From Halocafeteria seosinensis (Eukaryota): a stretch of 64,000 nt of DNA. Numbering within the stretch: the first letter of the stretch is position 1; each line of letters starts with the position of its first letter. The stretch spans positions 1 through 64,000 of the forward strand of contig LVLI01000201.1 in NCBI GenBank assembly GCA_001687465.1, in the 5' to 3' direction. The notes beneath the pieces are model-generated. The model was given only the letters and a program-made list of their open reading frames with translations. It searched no databases and was not told the DNA's origin. This document shows, one piece after another, positions 62,948 to 64,000 of the stretch. Both the position numbers and the translations under genes were made by a program.

Positions 62948-63176
62948 TCTTGTAACTTCGATTAGGAGGCTGTTGATGGCCATACACGGCACATGCTGGT
63001 TATTCAACCAATCCCCAAACCCTATTCACATCATGCAAAGAAACTCGGCAAATGGCACATATACATACATACATACATACATACATACATACATACATAC
63101 ATACAATGCAATGACGCTGTCTATCATGTGCAAAAAACAAGGCAATGAAAAGTAGACGAAATGTTTGTCCGATTAC
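62948..63176 (-). pseudogene. Decayed, internally deleted duplicate of RPN6 and its upstream region
   Basis: aggaggctgttgat, atccccaaacctattcaca and caatgacgct match about 54985-55123; caatgaaaagt.gacgaaat.tttgtccgattac matches about 55901-55934. Confidence 0.8.
63061..63104. repeat. (ATAC)11 microsatellite
   Basis: Direct reading. Confidence 0.97.
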
Positions 63177-63281
63177 TTATGTGCTCCATTCACGATGTAT
63201 TATTGATCCCAATTGAATCATCTTGTGGGTGTATAGTTATACATAATAGTAGTTACTCATGTTGCAATCTCATGAAAAGTG

Positions 63282-64000
63282 ATGTATAGAGGGAAAAGAG
63301 GGGGAAGAGGCCGTGGAAGCTCCTTTCCCAGCCGGAAGCCTCCTTTTCGAGGCCGTATACAGCGCCCCTACAGGGGCACTGTACGAGGTGGCCGTGGATA
63401 TAGAGGCCGTGGAGGGCGGGGAGGCCTCCATCGGAGACAGGATCGAGATATGGAGGAACGACGGCGCGCTAGAGAGACTCTACGGAAGCTGCAGGAGGCC
63501 ATCAAGACTCAATTCTCGACCACTCTGCAGCATAAACTACGTCATTTTTCACTTGTTAGACAGAGAGACAGCATTGAGACCAATCTGAAAGTATCTCGCA
63601 ATCATCGGCGCCTGTGCCAGCATCAAGCGGATCGAATTCAGAGAGTTATAGAGTCTCTACGGATCTGGCAACGAGCTCTTCATGACTACAGAGTTATGCT
63701 CTACGGCCAGTTGCTGCATAGAGCGATGCACGACTTGATCCGGATGGATGGTACAAGTGAGGTTAAATCCTATATGTTGATGAATTTGGTGGTGATGACC
63801 ATACTAGGCTTGCTAGCCCGTAGTCAGCGACGTAAGAACCTGGCAGACTTAAAGCAAGAAACCCAAGATCTATTAGTTGCATGGCTAAGTCACTATTTCA
63901 TCAGGCCGCAAAGTGCACAAGATAGGGACGAAGAAAAATCAATGGCTGGCTCTATTGGTAATGATAGTGATCCGACAGCGATGATCAGGACCTGCATCGA
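63282..64000 (+). CDS. Partial CDS with RG/RGG-rich N-terminus, runs off the window
   Basis: MYRGKRGGRGRGSS...RGGRGYRGRGGRGG followed by helical sequence; about 239 codons with no stop to the window end, so it is absent from the ORF track. Confidence 0.7.
   Translation, partial: MYRGKRGGRGRGSSFPSRKPPFRGRIQRPYRGTVRGGRGYRGRGGRGGLHRRQDRDMEERRRARETLRKLQEAIKTQFSTTLQHKLRHFSLVRQRDSIETNLKVSRNHRRLCQHQADRIQRVIESLRIWQRALHDYRVMLYGQLLHRAMHDLIRMDGTSEVKSYMLMNLVVMTILGLLARSQRRKNLADLKQETQDLLVAWLSHYFIRPQSAQDRDEEKSMAGSIGNDSDPTAMIRTCI

Noticed and set aside
63313..63588. 91-aa ORF from the track
   Set aside because: Shadow of the longer RGG-rich frame starting at 63282.

Overview
Gene-dense genomic DNA from a flagellated eukaryote (DRC11 and PACRG are present), with short GT-AG introns of mostly about 50-110 nt. 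A stramenopile-like protist is inferred, not shown. Conserved genes: DRC11/IQCA1, a HERP-like UBL membrane protein, TRAP-alpha, MED8-like, SDHAF2, an Obg GTPase, a mid-SUN protein, an NCLX/CCX exchanger, a PMCA pump, PACRG and RPN6, plus two long coiled-coil proteins. Most notable accessory content: (1) an intronless NB-ARC-TPR (NLR-like) gene with N-terminal hydrophobic helices and 16 near-identical 126-bp repeats that vary at fixed positions, lying between RPN6 and a decayed copy of RPN6; (2) a many-exon type I membrane protein built from about 7 copies of an unrecognised Cys-rich module with conserved intron positions, which the ORF track misses; (3) a two-TM protein with a large propeller-like ectodomain; (4) an IaaH/MdlY-like amidase with a frameshift; (5) a dispersed ~30-bp intergenic element and a candidate structured RNA. 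Exon boundaries and homologies were read by eye; no searches were run.
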